A DNA stretch of 63,147 nt, filler included, from Octopus bimaculoides (taxonomy: Eukaryota): the NCBI RefSeq assembly GCF_001194135.2. It is 6 parts of 5 records of this genome, joined end to end, with 100 filler letters (N's around TTAATTAATTAA, not from the genome) between each part and the next. Parts side by side here need not be neighbours in the genome. Positions count along the whole stretch, not along the records: positions 1 to 14,413 come from NC_068994.1; positions 14,514 to 35,799 come from NC_068987.1; 4 more parts are not named here. One strand, written 5' to 3'. The position numbers and the translations under genes are program-made. Of the stretch, positions 12,151-25,732 are shown in pieces. How positions within the stretch are numbered: the first letter of the stretch is position 1; each line of letters opens with the position of its first letter. The notes under the pieces were generated by a model. The model was given only the letters and a program-made list of their open reading frames with translations. It did no database searches and was not told the origin of the DNA.

Positions 12151-13778
12151 AATATGAAAATACCTCACCACTCTGCCTTTCCCATTTCCACTTTCACCAT
12201 AAACTACCCCCATAATACATATAAAAACTGATATTATAATTCCACATTAAACAAGTCCTGCAGAAATTATCTAAGAGACCCCCAAATTTTCAAAAACAGT
12301 TCCCACAAAATTTTCTAAAGTTCACACACCCACAAGAAAATCCCCACATATATGCAAGGTGGATAGAGGAATAACGTGACTTAGAATTTCTTTCACATTT
12401 TTATTATGCCCACATTTTGTATATTTTAGTAAGTCCAAATAATATGTTACAAAATACCTACGCTTGAAACCAAACAGAAGAAATATGTATACCAAAAAAG
12501 CCTACAAACTGCATTTCCCTGAGATGACAAAATAGCCGCTTATAAACCTCATCTCCCTGAAGATGACACACCTAAATGCACACACCTGATTTCATCTGAT
12601 TTATTCATTCGTGCAACATGAATAAATACAAAACAATCAAGATCTTGGGTGTGTGTGTGTGGTGGTGGGGGGTATGCGAATGAAAAAAAAGAGGATTAAA
12701 TAAATCATGATGAATACCTCCTTAAGCACTCTGTACAGATTGACAATTTTTTGCCTTGTTCTGGTCTTAGCCAACAAGTCTTTTCCCGATAATTTTAACG
12801 ACATGGCGGTCCGCTGTTGACTGTATTTTAGTTAAAACTATAGCTTTAATAAGGTCTGTCCAGAGTTGCCTCTCTTAGGTATTTCTCATTGATAACGGCT
12901 AAGGAGCTAGAAACATCGATGTTTGGGAATCCTAACAGATGGTAATACTGGACAAATATGGTGTTTTTACACCTTTTTACCTTAAGAGAAATTTTCTCCA
13001 TGGTAACTGCAGAGAGTTTGCCTTTTAGCGGTTAAAATGTCACAAAATTATTTTAACTAATCTAAGCTTTACTTTATATATATATGAGCATGAATTTGAA
13101 TAACAAAGATGAATATGCATCCAGCATTCTGATAGTGGTAGATGATGCATGTGACACAATATAGAGCGTCAATGTAGCAAGCGCTTCGATTCCATGATTT
13201 TCATGGGTTGTCGTGTTGAGTGAATGCAGATAATTTCATTCGATGATCATTCTGATAGGGATATGAAGGGAGTAGATTCACGGAGTGTTCTTCCCCTGAT
13301 CATGTACTTACATAATGACCCAGTTAATACATGGATAATTACATAAAAATGTACAAGACTAAGGAAAGAAAACTATGAAATTAACTTCTGCCATGATCCT
13401 ATCTGAATATTTATTTCAATTAAGTGATACATATCCTCATCAGGCATAAATATGAAAGATGGTCCTTCAGTCGAATTTAGGAATAATTTATTTTGTCTCC
13501 CCACCAAGGTACTTTTTTAACATGCGAAAAATAAAAAAACTTGCGCGCACGCACACCCACACACTCACTCACACTCACAAACGATAGGTAATAGCTCCCT
13601 TATTACGTAGAACATTCCGACTGACTGGCGCTTTTGGTATAAATACAGGCGATGTAGATTTGATGGACTGATTTCTCTTACTCTGCCTTCCTCCATCCCT
13701 CTCTCTATAGTGTGTGGGTGTGTATCTATGTATGTATTGAATGTATACTGTGTACACTTACACACACGCGCGCGCTCG

Positions 13779-13821
<43 letters not shown>

Positions 13822-14369
13822 GCGGTAGAAAAAAATCGCCTTTGTTTCTCTCCTTGAACTCATGTCTACATCCTAAATCATTATTTTACTAGTTTATTTT
13901 GTGTCGGACCTGTAACCCATTATGTCGAAATTATAATCCTGGAGAGAATTACAGAGATTAACACCTATTAAATCATAATCTCCGACAGATTACCAACACG
14001 GCAACAATGCATAATGATTTTATGAATGTAGAAGTATATATTCCTCTACTCACATACATTACACATATCTGCATATAGGTGTACATACATACATACATAC
14101 ATACATACATGTATATGATTAATTGTATAGTAGTCTTGTAAATAAGTTTAAATGAAGGGACTGAATGACAGTTGTTGATCGTTGTTGTATTGAACTGAAG
14201 AAAAAAATCAATGAAAAGATAAAACAAATACCAATAAAAGGGTTTTACAACAGAGAAAAATAGAGAAATTAGAGAAAGTGAGTGAGAGAGAGAGAGAAAG
14301 AAATGAGAGAGACGGAGACACACAGGCAGACATTCATACACACACATATATACATGTATACATACATAC

Positions 14370-14413
<44 letters not shown>

Positions 14414-14513
14414 NNNNNNNNNNNNNNNNNNNNNNNNNNNNNNNNNNNNNNNNNNNNTTAATTAATTAANNNNNNNNNNNNNNNNNNNNNNNNNNNNNNN
14501 NNNNNNNNNNNNN
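14414..14513. other. Artificial 100-bp scaffold join (N44-TTAATTAATTAA-N44); identical joins at 35800-35899, 53043-53142, 58374-58473 and 61953-62052
   Basis: The same 44N + 12-mer + 44N architecture occurs five times. The 12-mer is palindromic and places TAA stops in all six frames. Confidence 0.97.
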
Positions 14514-14853
14514 GTACTTTTTTCGTAACAAGCTTACAGTACGCACTTCTCGGTTGTTATTCTTGGGTGGAATAATACCGGTGTTATATAATCTGTTTGT
14601 AATTTTTTTGTACATGGTGTTTTTGGGTTCGAAGATGGTCTGATTTTGATGTAACACGTGTGTTTACGATCGCTGTGCGGGTAGTGGAGGTATCAAGTTA
14701 AAATACATCATTATATTTGGAAAAATAGAAATAAATTTCAATGAGTATTACTTACTCGGATATAGTTCAACCCTTTGTCAGCTATTTTTTGGCTCCATGC
14801 GATGTCTTTATTTCCGATGTTTTTGGATAAGTTTCGGAGCAGTGATTTATCGT

Positions 14854-14909
14854 TCTCACATGTTAAACATCCCCGGTGTTCTCTCACATGTTAAACATCC
14901 CCGGTGTTC
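14854..14909. repeat. Perfect 28-bp direct tandem duplication
   Basis: tctcacatgttaaacatccccggtgttc x2, followed by a (TTA)n/(TTG)n microsatellite at about 14912-15045. Confidence 0.95.
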
Positions 14910-14930
14910 TCCTTATTATTATTATTATCA

Positions 14931-14971
<41 letters not shown>

Positions 14972-15047
14972 GTTATTATTATTATTGTTGTTGTTGTTGT
15001 TGTTGTTGCTGTTCTTGTTGCTGTTCTTGTTGTTGTTGTTATTATTG

Positions 15048-15330
15048 AGTGAGAGTGCAATGCATACCATCAAAGTGACACTGGGATACAAATATACGAA
15101 ACCCAATATACCGCCCATATCTAGACGTCTGATAAGTGTACACCAGACCCATGCATCACAACCATATTTGCTGCCTGTAGTGATCTCATATCAAGATAAA
15201 CAGCGCCCGACATTGCAGATGGGATGCAGTTAGAATTTATTTCAGTTCAAGTAGCCCATCATGCTCAAAAGATCTCTGAATAATGTTAGTTTAATGATAA
15301 TGAACGAAACAACCACGTTTATCATTATTG
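15048..15330. mobile_element. Interspersed repeat (octopus SINE/LINE-derived) fragment
   Basis: gagtgagagtgcaatgcataccatcaaagtgacactggg...gtgatctcatatcaagataaacagcgc... resembles a high-copy octopus repeat I recall. It starts right after a microsatellite. Confidence 0.6.
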
Positions 15331-17457
15331 AGTCTTAAGTTGTCTTAAATCTTTTGAAAAGAAATAAAATGCATTTTATTACTGTATACCCTCAAAATAA
15401 TAGTTTCCAGTAGCTTGGTTTTTGCAGTGTTGTCATACGAGAAAAACAAGTATAATTTAAAACCTTGTTGCGATATCATATTTTCTCACGTCTGAGAATC
15501 CCAGAAGAAAATGCTACGAATGAAACTAACACGGCTACCTATAAATGTGAAATTGAATAAAATATCTCATTTCCGAAGCAAGTAAGCAATCAATCTAACA
15601 ATGAATGCTAATTTAATTACATGGCAACATATTAATGTTTAACATGACTAAAACGAAAACACTAATAATTTAATTATCAATTTGAATATCTCAAGTCGAA
15701 ATGTCAAAAATGACAGCAACACACTAACAGACACACACGCCATTTGTTAAACAAAACATTTCTTTTATATTGCATAGCAGTATTGCCTTTGTATTTAAGA
15801 TTACACACCATTTTAAAAATATGTAGATGTATATCTTTCAAGAAGCAATATATAAGCAAGACATGTTTCTAAATGATGCATATTATTCCTCATGAATACA
15901 TATAGGAACAACTAGAGAAATATATTATCAGTCTCCGTCTTATAAGCATATAAGATTTTCACTTCGCTCAAAATTGCAACTGAAGGAAAACATATGAAAA
16001 TCTCCTCTGGTAACGGAGTATTAATGAATAGATTTTGTCCTTATTATATAGCTGATGCTGGCCAAATACAGCCTGGAGGCACAAACAAATTTCAGACATT
16101 CATTAGTGCCTGATTTATACTTTCTATGTACAGAAACATATAAGACTAACACTTAAGACAAGAGCAAACTACATTAATTTGTACTTTTACTTTCACATTT
16201 GCTTCAAAGTATGAGCAGCCTCTATGCAATGGATACAAAAGCAACTTATGGTTAAACAGATGTACAAGACCCAATGATCTATCTGAGGTTCAGTCTTGAA
16301 ATGGAAATTGTTGCGACTAAACAAAGTAAAAGTATGAACCACGTAGTGCAGAGGAAAACCCTTCATTATTACTGTTGTCGAGAACAGTTTTAGCATTTTC
16401 CTCTCAATAAATGAATAAAAACAAAAAGTAGAGCAATTAAATTAGAGGGAATCTAAAGAAGTGCAAAGTAAATAGGAAAACTGTTGGCGACAATTTCTAG
16501 TACGCTATGAATCAGTGTTCTGGTGACATTGCAGATTCATCACGTGCTCGATCCCGTAAAATAACGTCGAAGGTTTTTGCGATGCTGTCACAGCCACACG
16601 CGAAATTCTATTCCTTTAGAGGGTATATAGGTGGTTAACCAGACATTCAAATTATTCACGAGTGGAAAAAAAGCAATGAAGAAAACATGGATTTTCTCCA
16701 ACGAAAACAAATTAGGTTACGTGAGAAGTCACAGGCACGAAAGAAATTTACGAAGTATAAGTACATGTAGAGGAGTGGCCAAGAATTTATTTTCCTCCAA
16801 ACAGGTCATAATTTATCTCCAAACAGGTCATAAGATTTACTTGTAAATTATTTGAAGAATAAAGTTTACAGTAAAATGAATAATTCAACATGAGTCAGAA
16901 AGGTTATTATGTAAAAGCGCTGCATGATCTAAGCACTTAAAATATCATGCATCCCAAAACATTGAAATATTTTACATATCCTGCTAAAACGAATGCTAAG
17001 TGATGCATTTCGTTTACAAAAGAATGGCCTAAACAAGAGTCGGTGCAGAAGAGTCCTAGAATGCTCAGGTTCAAAATAATCACTGTTCAAACTTATGTAT
17101 GAGTGGATATGCCTAAAAGATAATGTGGGTAGATAAGGGGATATTGTTTGTTTAGTTAATTTTGAATACATCATTGCAGCCCAACTGGGGCAGTCAAATG
17201 CTTTTAGCGTTCAGTGGTACTACTCTGAATCTCACAACGTGTATGGTATTTATCGCATTTACATTGGATTTATAGTTTCATGAAGATTTCACCCACTTGT
17301 ATATTTTTGAGTTTATCACTTTCCAGTATTCCTGGATGTTTACCTTCTTCTTCTTCTTCTTCTTCTTCTTCTTGATATATATGTATATATATATATATAT
17401 ATATATAAGTATATGTATCTATGTATGTGTATAGATATACACATACATATGTATACA

Positions 17458-17510
<53 letters not shown>

Positions 17511-18739
17511 ATACATACATACATACATACACACACATACACACATATATGTACATTGACAGTGAGACCGATGTAGATAAAGATATTGTTTATGTTTGAT
17601 TTCTTTTTAGCATCTACGACAAGTATTTTGGTTTCTCTTAAACGCAAGATTCCCATACATATAGAAATTCTTATACAAGACATACGATATTGGAACGAAA
17701 AACGAATGTCAAATAAGAAAAATATACTTACATCAATAATAGAGCTTACTCCCAGGGAACAGTAATATAATGAAAAAAGCACTATGTATCGCCAAATTAT
17801 ACAACCAGATGCTGTCGGTAATTTTAATATTTGTTGTTGTTGTTGTTGCACTTCGTTAGAATAAGATCAGCGTTCAGCTAGCAGAAAATTTTGCAGTACC
17901 CAACCTGCCTAGATTCGAGAAATGATATTTATGACTATTCCTTATCTAATGTGACAAAGATTATTTCGACAGAATCACGAGCTATCAAGGAAATTGGGTT
18001 TCACTGTATAACAAATCGAAACGATATAGAGATTCCTTGTTTCAAACGTTAAATGATAAACGCCAACTTGAGTCAGATTCTTCGAACCGGTAATGAAATG
18101 TTTTTCAGCTGTGACTATCTAGGGAATTTGATGTGTTGTCTTAAGATGCCACATTTTCCAATTTGTAGAATGTTTTTCTTTAATGATAGTAACTTGTAAA
18201 TTGATTGAAATTTTGCTGCTAGTTCTAGCAAGTCGGTGACACGCTCAGAGGCACCGTCGATGCAGTCTGAAGTACATATTCAAGTGAATTAACGATGGAT
18301 ACAAAAGGTGCTTTTATACCATTTGAATCATATCACTAACTGTATTTTATGCGCATAAGTAGATATCTTACACAATACATACGTATGTATTCAATTTTAA
18401 AAAAGCACACTTGTATACAATTATGACGTAGCTATGTAATCCTTTAACAAGAAGTGCAATATAAACATATATGAATCGCTGAAAGAAATCGTATAGAAAT
18501 TATCTTTATATACGCTTGTTCATATGTGTGGGTTTGTTTCTCTAAGACTACATGCATACATACATCCAGTTATGTAATCTATATACGTATATACGTACTT
18601 TCATATCCACACTCACGTCCGTCACACACACATACGTACACATACGTTTGTGTATATACACATATTTACACATACATACATACATATGTTTGTGTGTGCT
18701 TGTTCATGCTAATGCTGAATTCAATTTTAATGGAATTTT

Positions 18740-19340
18740 TAATCTGTTTCACCCACCCAAAGGACTGCTCGTCCATATTCAAAGCAGAACAGCATCGCAG
18801 AAAATGAAAGACAATGGCATACATCGGTGTCTCTACATCTAACACCATGCATTTCGGTGTCGGTCCTTGGCTCATGACATATATTTTTGAGATGGAGATG
18901 TGTTGATATATCATAACATGGATTGCACTTTCGTTTCCATATCATAAATATATGGTCACGGCTCATTCGTTTCCACCGAATACGAAAAGAAAAATGCGTT
19001 TTCATTGCTTTCAAATGCTTACAACAAACCAGAGCAGGCGTCCATTCTTCTGCCCTTGAAGTAGGATATTGAATAAAGTATCCAAATCACATTCCGTTAA
19101 ACAACATTTTCTCGTCTTATGTATTGCTTAGTGACCATTGTCCATGTGTGTAGCAATTTCATAGATTGTAACTCATGTGTCCACTCCATGGCGAGATCGA
19201 GTGTTATTGTCTGCCAGTTAGTGGTTTTCTTTAAATGCTGTCTCCATCCGTGTACTTACTGTTGCAATGGGGTCATCTCTGTAAACTACTTTTTCTGGAT
19301 GTCGAACATTTTTCAACAAACATTTGTCAAGAACTCAGTA
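18740..19340 (-). mobile_element. Tc1/mariner transposase relic
   Basis: The minus strand contains AFESNENAFFFSYSVETNEP*PYIYDMETKVQSML, a decayed version of mariner RF...F..RIVTGDETWV..YD.ETK.QS..W. Confidence 0.6.
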
Positions 19341-20695
19341 AGTGTATCCTGTTGACAAAGATTGCAGGTGGTTATTTGACTGGAGTTAAGAAGGACAGGA
19401 AAATATTTTCTACGGAGGTTGACTTACTCTGCCGATGCATTCAGTTTGAAAAGCGATACCGGTTAATAAAAAATGAAATTAGATTGTGTCCACCTGCTAA
19501 GTAGGGAGCTAGCAGGTTAAAGGGCCATAATTAATATCACTGTATGTTTATTGCATGTCTTTTCGAAAACATATTCTTTTGCAGTTAATCACAATCTTAC
19601 TGACTTTGCATACAGAATAAACTTTTCAATTCTCCAAGAAGTTGAATGTCATTTTATTGGGAAGTAACTTACAGAGTTAATCCTATTATCTTTTTTACCA
19701 CATGTGACGAAATTTAGAGGTAAATTTAATAAATGGATACCTATTTTCACTGAATGGCATGTGGAGGTAGAGGTGGGGATTCAATGTTAAGGAGCTTAAG
19801 TGGTAAAAATGTGATTTTGGTATGATTTTTAAGCTTTAGAGCATACTAATGTCCTTCAATGTACGACATAACCTCATACAAAAGTGTTTAAATATAATTA
19901 TGCCTACACATCTACGTATTTATGTACAAATCTATCATCTGAGATATATTGACAAGCGCATACATTAATGTAGACGTACGTGGCCATACACATATCCGCG
20001 GTTCACACTAGTAGAGAATATTCACATATTATATAATCACTTCACCTGAGATTGCAATCTGACTCGCTGCCAGAAAACTTTTAAACCTTTCAGTAGGAAA
20101 CCTTCACCCTGTTCGTGAATTTTTATTTTAATTTCTTTACTTGCAATTTCTTTTTCGTCTTGAATTTTCAGCACATTTAATTGTGGTAACCTCTGTTTAT
20201 TATCAAGGTGTTATTTAACGCATTGAATTATTTTATACAAGTATACAATAAAAATATACTCTAATCTCATTTAAGAAAATGCTATTTTCCCCTTACCACC
20301 ATATGTGTTATCTGCATTTGCTCGTATTAATTATATTTCTTTCATATTACAACACTAATTGGCATGTTATACAGTGTATTTTTTCAATGATTCGAGAGGA
20401 AAACATAATCGATCATTGTTAATAATAGGTTCCCTACACGAGAAATGTTAAGTTACCTGTTTATGTTTACGTAGACATACTTAGTATTGCTCTGTTAGGA
20501 TTATGCCTCGTATATCAGAGACTACGTGACAATTCTCGAACATTCTATGACACTACAAATATTAGCAAAACTGTAATAAGCTGCATTTCAATGATGTCTC
20601 CTCATTAATGCAGATTTAACACTAAATAAATTTTATAGAAAGACTAATCATAGTTATCTATATAAAACCTAAAAGAAAAAATGTTTATGATCTCT

Positions 20696-21830
20696 TACGA
20701 GGCCTGATTACGGAAAGCAATATTCATAAATTTTGAAGCCGAACCCATTTAACCTCTGTAAAAGTTAGGCTGTATACACAATATTTATGCTGGAAAAGGC
20801 TACGAGTTCCTTTTTATAATAAGCTACAGACTAAATGGTCTGAGAAAGCTGTTTGTATTCCTAGCAGTTCAAGTGATAATATAAATGGATATTTTTTGAC
20901 TCATGTTGTGGAGGTGTAATGAAGTGAGGTATGTGTGACACAACCGATCACGCATAAATATATATTTGCTAGCTGTATCGAATACAATTTCATATTATAC
21001 CTATATATCTGTTACAAGTTGTCTTGGTAGCAACATTCGACATTATTTTTCCAAGATTTATATTTGAAGTACAAAGATAAACAATGCCTTTCTCAGACTG
21101 AAAGAAATAATTATGCTATGAGTTAATGTGGTTGTCGAAGGATTTTGTCGCTCAAATTCGAAATTAGATTCGACAGTATTGGTAAACAATTTCTACCGTA
21201 GTCAAATATGTTCAAGAACTTCTCGGCAACACTTACCTCGCACCTCCCATGCCGAAGACTGAAATTTCGTTTCTTATCTGTGGTGATACAATTTATCTCT
21301 CGCAGGGTTTTAATTTCAGAACGTAGTCCTTGGGTGATGTGTAGAGTCTACAATTTTGTAAATATGTAGGCCAGTAATACATTCACAAAATATCTTCCTC
21401 CTTTCTGTTAGTCTTCCACAGAAGCCACAAAAAATATATATGGGACCACTTCCATTTTTTGACAGAAATAGTCTTCAATTAAAACATCATAAATGTATAT
21501 ATTTGCTGTTATAAAAAATGCTGGTGGTAGATTTAATTAATTTCTCTATATTTCGATATTCATCGAAGAAATTTGGATTTTTACCTTAGAAATTTAAGTC
21601 TTTTGGCCATGAAATTAGTTTCGTGCTTGTGATGTATCAAGAATGAACAATCAATTGTCAAGAACGTCAACATGTGATCGACTCTACAACATAGTTTTAT
21701 AAATTTTCTAAAAGAGGTAATAATATTTCTGGGGAAAAAAATTGAATTATTTCGTTGGTAATTATTCCACTTCTTCAAACTGTCATACATTACCGTGTTG
21801 AGCAAAGTAAAGGTTGCTGCTAATTTCAAG
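20696..21830 (-). mobile_element. Highly degraded mariner-like element
   Basis: A tacgagg… mariner-type terminus at about 20696 points inward. There is weak similarity to the transposase core in ORF 21581-21862 (HMLTFLTIDCSFLIHHKHETNFMAK vs RIVTGDETWVHHYEPETKRQS). Confidence 0.35.
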
Positions 21831-22099
21831 CTATGTGTGAATGAATGAATGCTATGCGCCAACCACCACGACCACTACGTTCAATAACAACCACCATTAG
21901 TAAATACCATATTCTCCAACACCAAATATGTTCTCTACTTCCTGCACCTCCACCTTTCCATCTATCATTATCATCATCATTGTCATTATGTTCAATTATC
22001 ATGAATATCATCATCAAAATCAAAAAGAAAACAGAACACCTAAAAACGAAAACAAATATAATTGAATAAACGACAAAGAAAACAAAACAATTGCAGCAG

Positions 22100-22121
22100 C
22101 GCGACTAAATTGATAAGGAAC

Positions 22122-22203
<82 letters not shown>

Positions 22204-22377
22204 TAATAATAACAACAGCAACAACAATAATAATATGTAGAAGAAAAAGAAGAAAAAGAGAGAAGGAGAGGGAAAAGAACGAGCAAAAGAAAAATAAGAA
22301 GGAATAGTTGAGAACATATAAAGAATAGAGGACAAAGAAAGAGATTAATGAAATAAAGAATAAAAAGGATGGATGGA

Positions 22378-22413
<36 letters not shown>

Positions 22414-23085
22414 AATTTCAAGATATAGAAGAAAAGTCATAGAGTAATAAAACTAAAGACACGAAGAAAACATCGACGAAGTATAAGAACAAGAAAGAGA
22501 AAATTAGAAGATGCAATGAAAACCTAAAAACAAACAAACAAACAAACAACAAACGAATAATTTTTAAAATATCTAGTAAAAAAAAAGCCACATAAACTGG
22601 CGAACAGCAGCAATAAGAGCAACTAATAAAATTTTAAACTGTAAAGAAATGAATAGGTTTGGAAAGAAATTTCAAAGCCATCACAGTCTTCAGTAATTGC
22701 AGTAGTTTGAATGCCCTTCCTGTTGATATTTAATTTCCCTTATTCATTTCACAAAATGTAATTTCGTTTTCGCCATTCTTCATTCTCTTTTAGTTCATGC
22801 TGCTGTCCTTATAGTAGTTCCATCTCTATTTCTATTTTTTCTTTACTTCTTCGCTTCATCCTCCTCCTCATCCTCCTCCTCATCCTCCTCAATTTCATCA
22901 ACAACAAATTTTTTCTTTTACTTTTCTTCTTCATATTCTTTCTCTCCTATCTATACTTTCTCTTCTTTAGACGCTTCTTCTTTGTTCTTGTTCTTGTTCT
23001 TCCTTTCTTCTTTTTCAACATCTTCTCCCTCATAATGATCATGAACATAATCATCAGCACAAGAACCACCAGTTTTGTCACAACG

Positions 23086-23176
<91 letters not shown>

Positions 23177-23207
23177 TAATAATAATAATGGTAATAATAA
23201 AAATAAA

Positions 23208-23248
<41 letters not shown>

Positions 23249-23316
23249 TGATAATAATAATTATAATAATAATAATACTCTCCTTTTCCTACACCACATT
23301 GTCATCAGCTTCTTTA

Positions 23317-23349
<33 letters not shown>

Positions 23350-23385
23350 CATTATTATTATCATTATTATCATTATTATTATTAC

Positions 23386-23443
<58 letters not shown>

Positions 23444-23465
23444 GTCATTATTATTAATAATAATA
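22100..23465. repeat. Compound microsatellite block: (AAT)n, (AAAG)n, (CTC/CAT)n, (CTT)n, (AAT)n then (TAT)n
   Basis: Directly visible; source of the poly-I/N/Y/L pseudo-ORFs. Confidence 0.95.
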
Positions 23466-24029
23466 TTAGAAATTCTCATTATTAAAATTATTGTTATAGT
23501 TGTTGTTACTCTAATGTTATTATTGTTGATGTTTTAGAAATGTTTTATTGGGAAGAAAGAAGAGAAAGAAACAAGGCAAATTATTCCCAGTAAAAATCCA
23601 TAATACATTTTCCAAACAGATGTAACAAAATCGATATTTTAATATCGATCCTGTTACGAAATATTAAAAGAAGAAAGATAAATATAAAAATTATAGAATG
23701 GAAAACAAAATAGAATGTAATATAATAAAATAATAAATAATAAATTGTTCTTTTTATTCTCTGCTTCTTTGGTACTAATTGGTAAGGGATGATAATAAAA
23801 GACGTGGTTTCTTTCAGTATTTTTTACCCCGGAAGGTTCATGGTTTTATACGCAACTCATATTCACTTATTTTCCATATCAAGATTAACCTTCATTTCTC
23901 GATAGGTTTTTCTCCTTCACAATTGGTGCGTTTGAAATGTTCGTAGCCAACCAAAAACATTTCACAGAAACAAAAACAAAAACAAACAAACAAATTATTA
24001 AGAATTATAAATGACAAAAATACAAAGAT

Positions 24030-24907
24030 TTAGAAAATAAAAGAAAAGATGGCCATTCATGTTTAAATAAACGAAACAACACAAAATATTTTTGTTAGCA
24101 AAGGATTAAATTTCAGTTCAATACACACTGTTTCGTATTTGTGTTGTTTTCTAGTATGTTGGCACTTCAATCAGCAGCAAGCCATCTTTATGACTGTATT
24201 GTTTGCATGAGCAGATCTTTAAACTACACATGACTTATTAAGAAATTATTATATAGAGAAATCCATAATTTAATAGCTGCGTGGGAATTTCTGATATGAA
24301 GTGACTTAGACTGTAATGTGCAATATTATAATGATTTTCTTGATAAACTCCTACATCAACCTATATGCTAAATCGGTTTTTAACTTGAATTTTGCTCACA
24401 TAAAGAAGAGAGATGATCATAACCGTTTAATATATGATGATCCAATTTTTCTCAGCCATGCTATATTTAGCACAGTAGTATCTTAAATATATCCTTTTTT
24501 GGTTAAGACAAGAGACGCGATTTGACGAGGATTAAGACTGCATTTCTTTCATGTAAATATCAGCTTTGAGGTTTCCTATTAATTCGGGTGTTGAATACTT
24601 GCTTTATTTACTGAATTCTTCAAAAGTATGATGTTGGGATGAAATACTCATAAGCCCACTACGAAGGACTGATGAAATCCTGCATAATTTACTTCTATAA
24701 GAATTTCTCAATAAGTCATGTGCAGTTTAAACATCTGCTCATGCAAACAATATAGTCATAAAGAGGTTGAAGTGCCAACATACGAGAAAACAACACAAAT
24801 ACGAAACAGTGTGTATTGAACTGATATTTAATCCTTTGCTAACGAAAATATTTTGTGTTGTTTCGTTTATTTAAACATGAATGGTCATCTTTTCTTTTAT
24901 TTTCTAA
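24030..24907. repeat. Long inverted repeat / foldback: arms about 24030-24255 and 24695-24907, spacer about 440 bp
   Basis: The left arm tagaaaataaaagaaaagatggccattcatgtttaaat...gacttattaagaaatt matches the reverse complement of the right arm with roughly ten substitutions, a 1-bp indel and a ~12-bp indel. Confidence 0.93.
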
Positions 24908-25019
24908 TCCTTCTAACAATTCTTACTAATACTTACATTTTTTCTTTTAGGTAAACTGGCATCTGTTCAAAGGAGATATAAAGTAGCTAATATCTACTTC
25001 TCTTGAAAAAAGAAACACG

Positions 25020-25325
25020 TTTGACATCCCGATGTTATCAAGTACATGCAGAAGAAGGGTTTAGATCCCAAGGATATTCATGCTGACATTATAGGATGAC
25101 GTTCCCGCAATATCACCAATGCAAAGGTGGGCTGCTGAATCAGATGGGAAAGGAGATTCGTGCATATGACCCAAGGTCTGGAAGTCATGCAAATGCAACC
25201 ACTGAGGAAAACAATGATCATGTTCACCATATGGTTACGGATAGCAGGCGATTGACTACAGATGAAATAGTCCATACTTTTAGCATATTCTCTGAGACAG
25301 TTAAACATATTTTCCACATTTAGAT
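25020..25325 (+). mobile_element. Mariner transposase N-terminal (HTH) relic
   Basis: VIKYMQKKGLDPKDIHADI...QRWAAES...DPRSGSHANATTEENNDHVHHMVTDSRRLTTDEIVHTFSIFSETVKHIFH matches the mariner DNA-binding region (EDDPRSGRPATATTEENIDHVH.MVMDDRRLT). Confidence 0.85.
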
Positions 25326-25479
25326 TTTCATATTGTTTTCATTGATATTGTAAACGTTTCTAAATTACATACAGTATAGAGTAAAATGTTGAGTTTCTGC
25401 TACAAACGTATTTGTGTATACATGAATGCATATATATANNNNNNNNNNTATAGTTATTAATATTTCTAAGTCTCTCTAA

Positions 25480-25732
25480 AGGAGACTACGGCAGCGGTAC
25501 TGGAAATTAATAGTTATCGCCAAGCCAACATGGCAGTCCCAAAATTAGGACGAAAGCTGCCGTGAATTAGCTCCAAGAAGCCATCGCCTCTAGCTAGCTA
25601 TGTGACACACGAAACCTGTGTCCTTTATAACCTTCGAACAGGGGAGGTCAGCAGTGTCCCCCTGCTGGTTTGGCATCTGCAGACTAGTTTCAGGGTGTTG
25701 CCCCTTGTCAATGCAGAGCAGCCAAGCCCTAA
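25480..25732. mobile_element. Interspersed repeat fragment (SINE/LINE-UTR-like)
   Basis: GC-richer island (…catcgcctctagctagctatg…ctgcagactagtttcagggtgttgcccc…) ending at (TA)n. Recalled as a common octopus repeat. Confidence 0.45.

Noticed and set aside
14514-14680. Small minus ORF (…YNTGIIPPKNNNREVRTVSLLRKK) possibly from a Penelope element
   Set aside because: Too short and truncated by an assembly join to assign.
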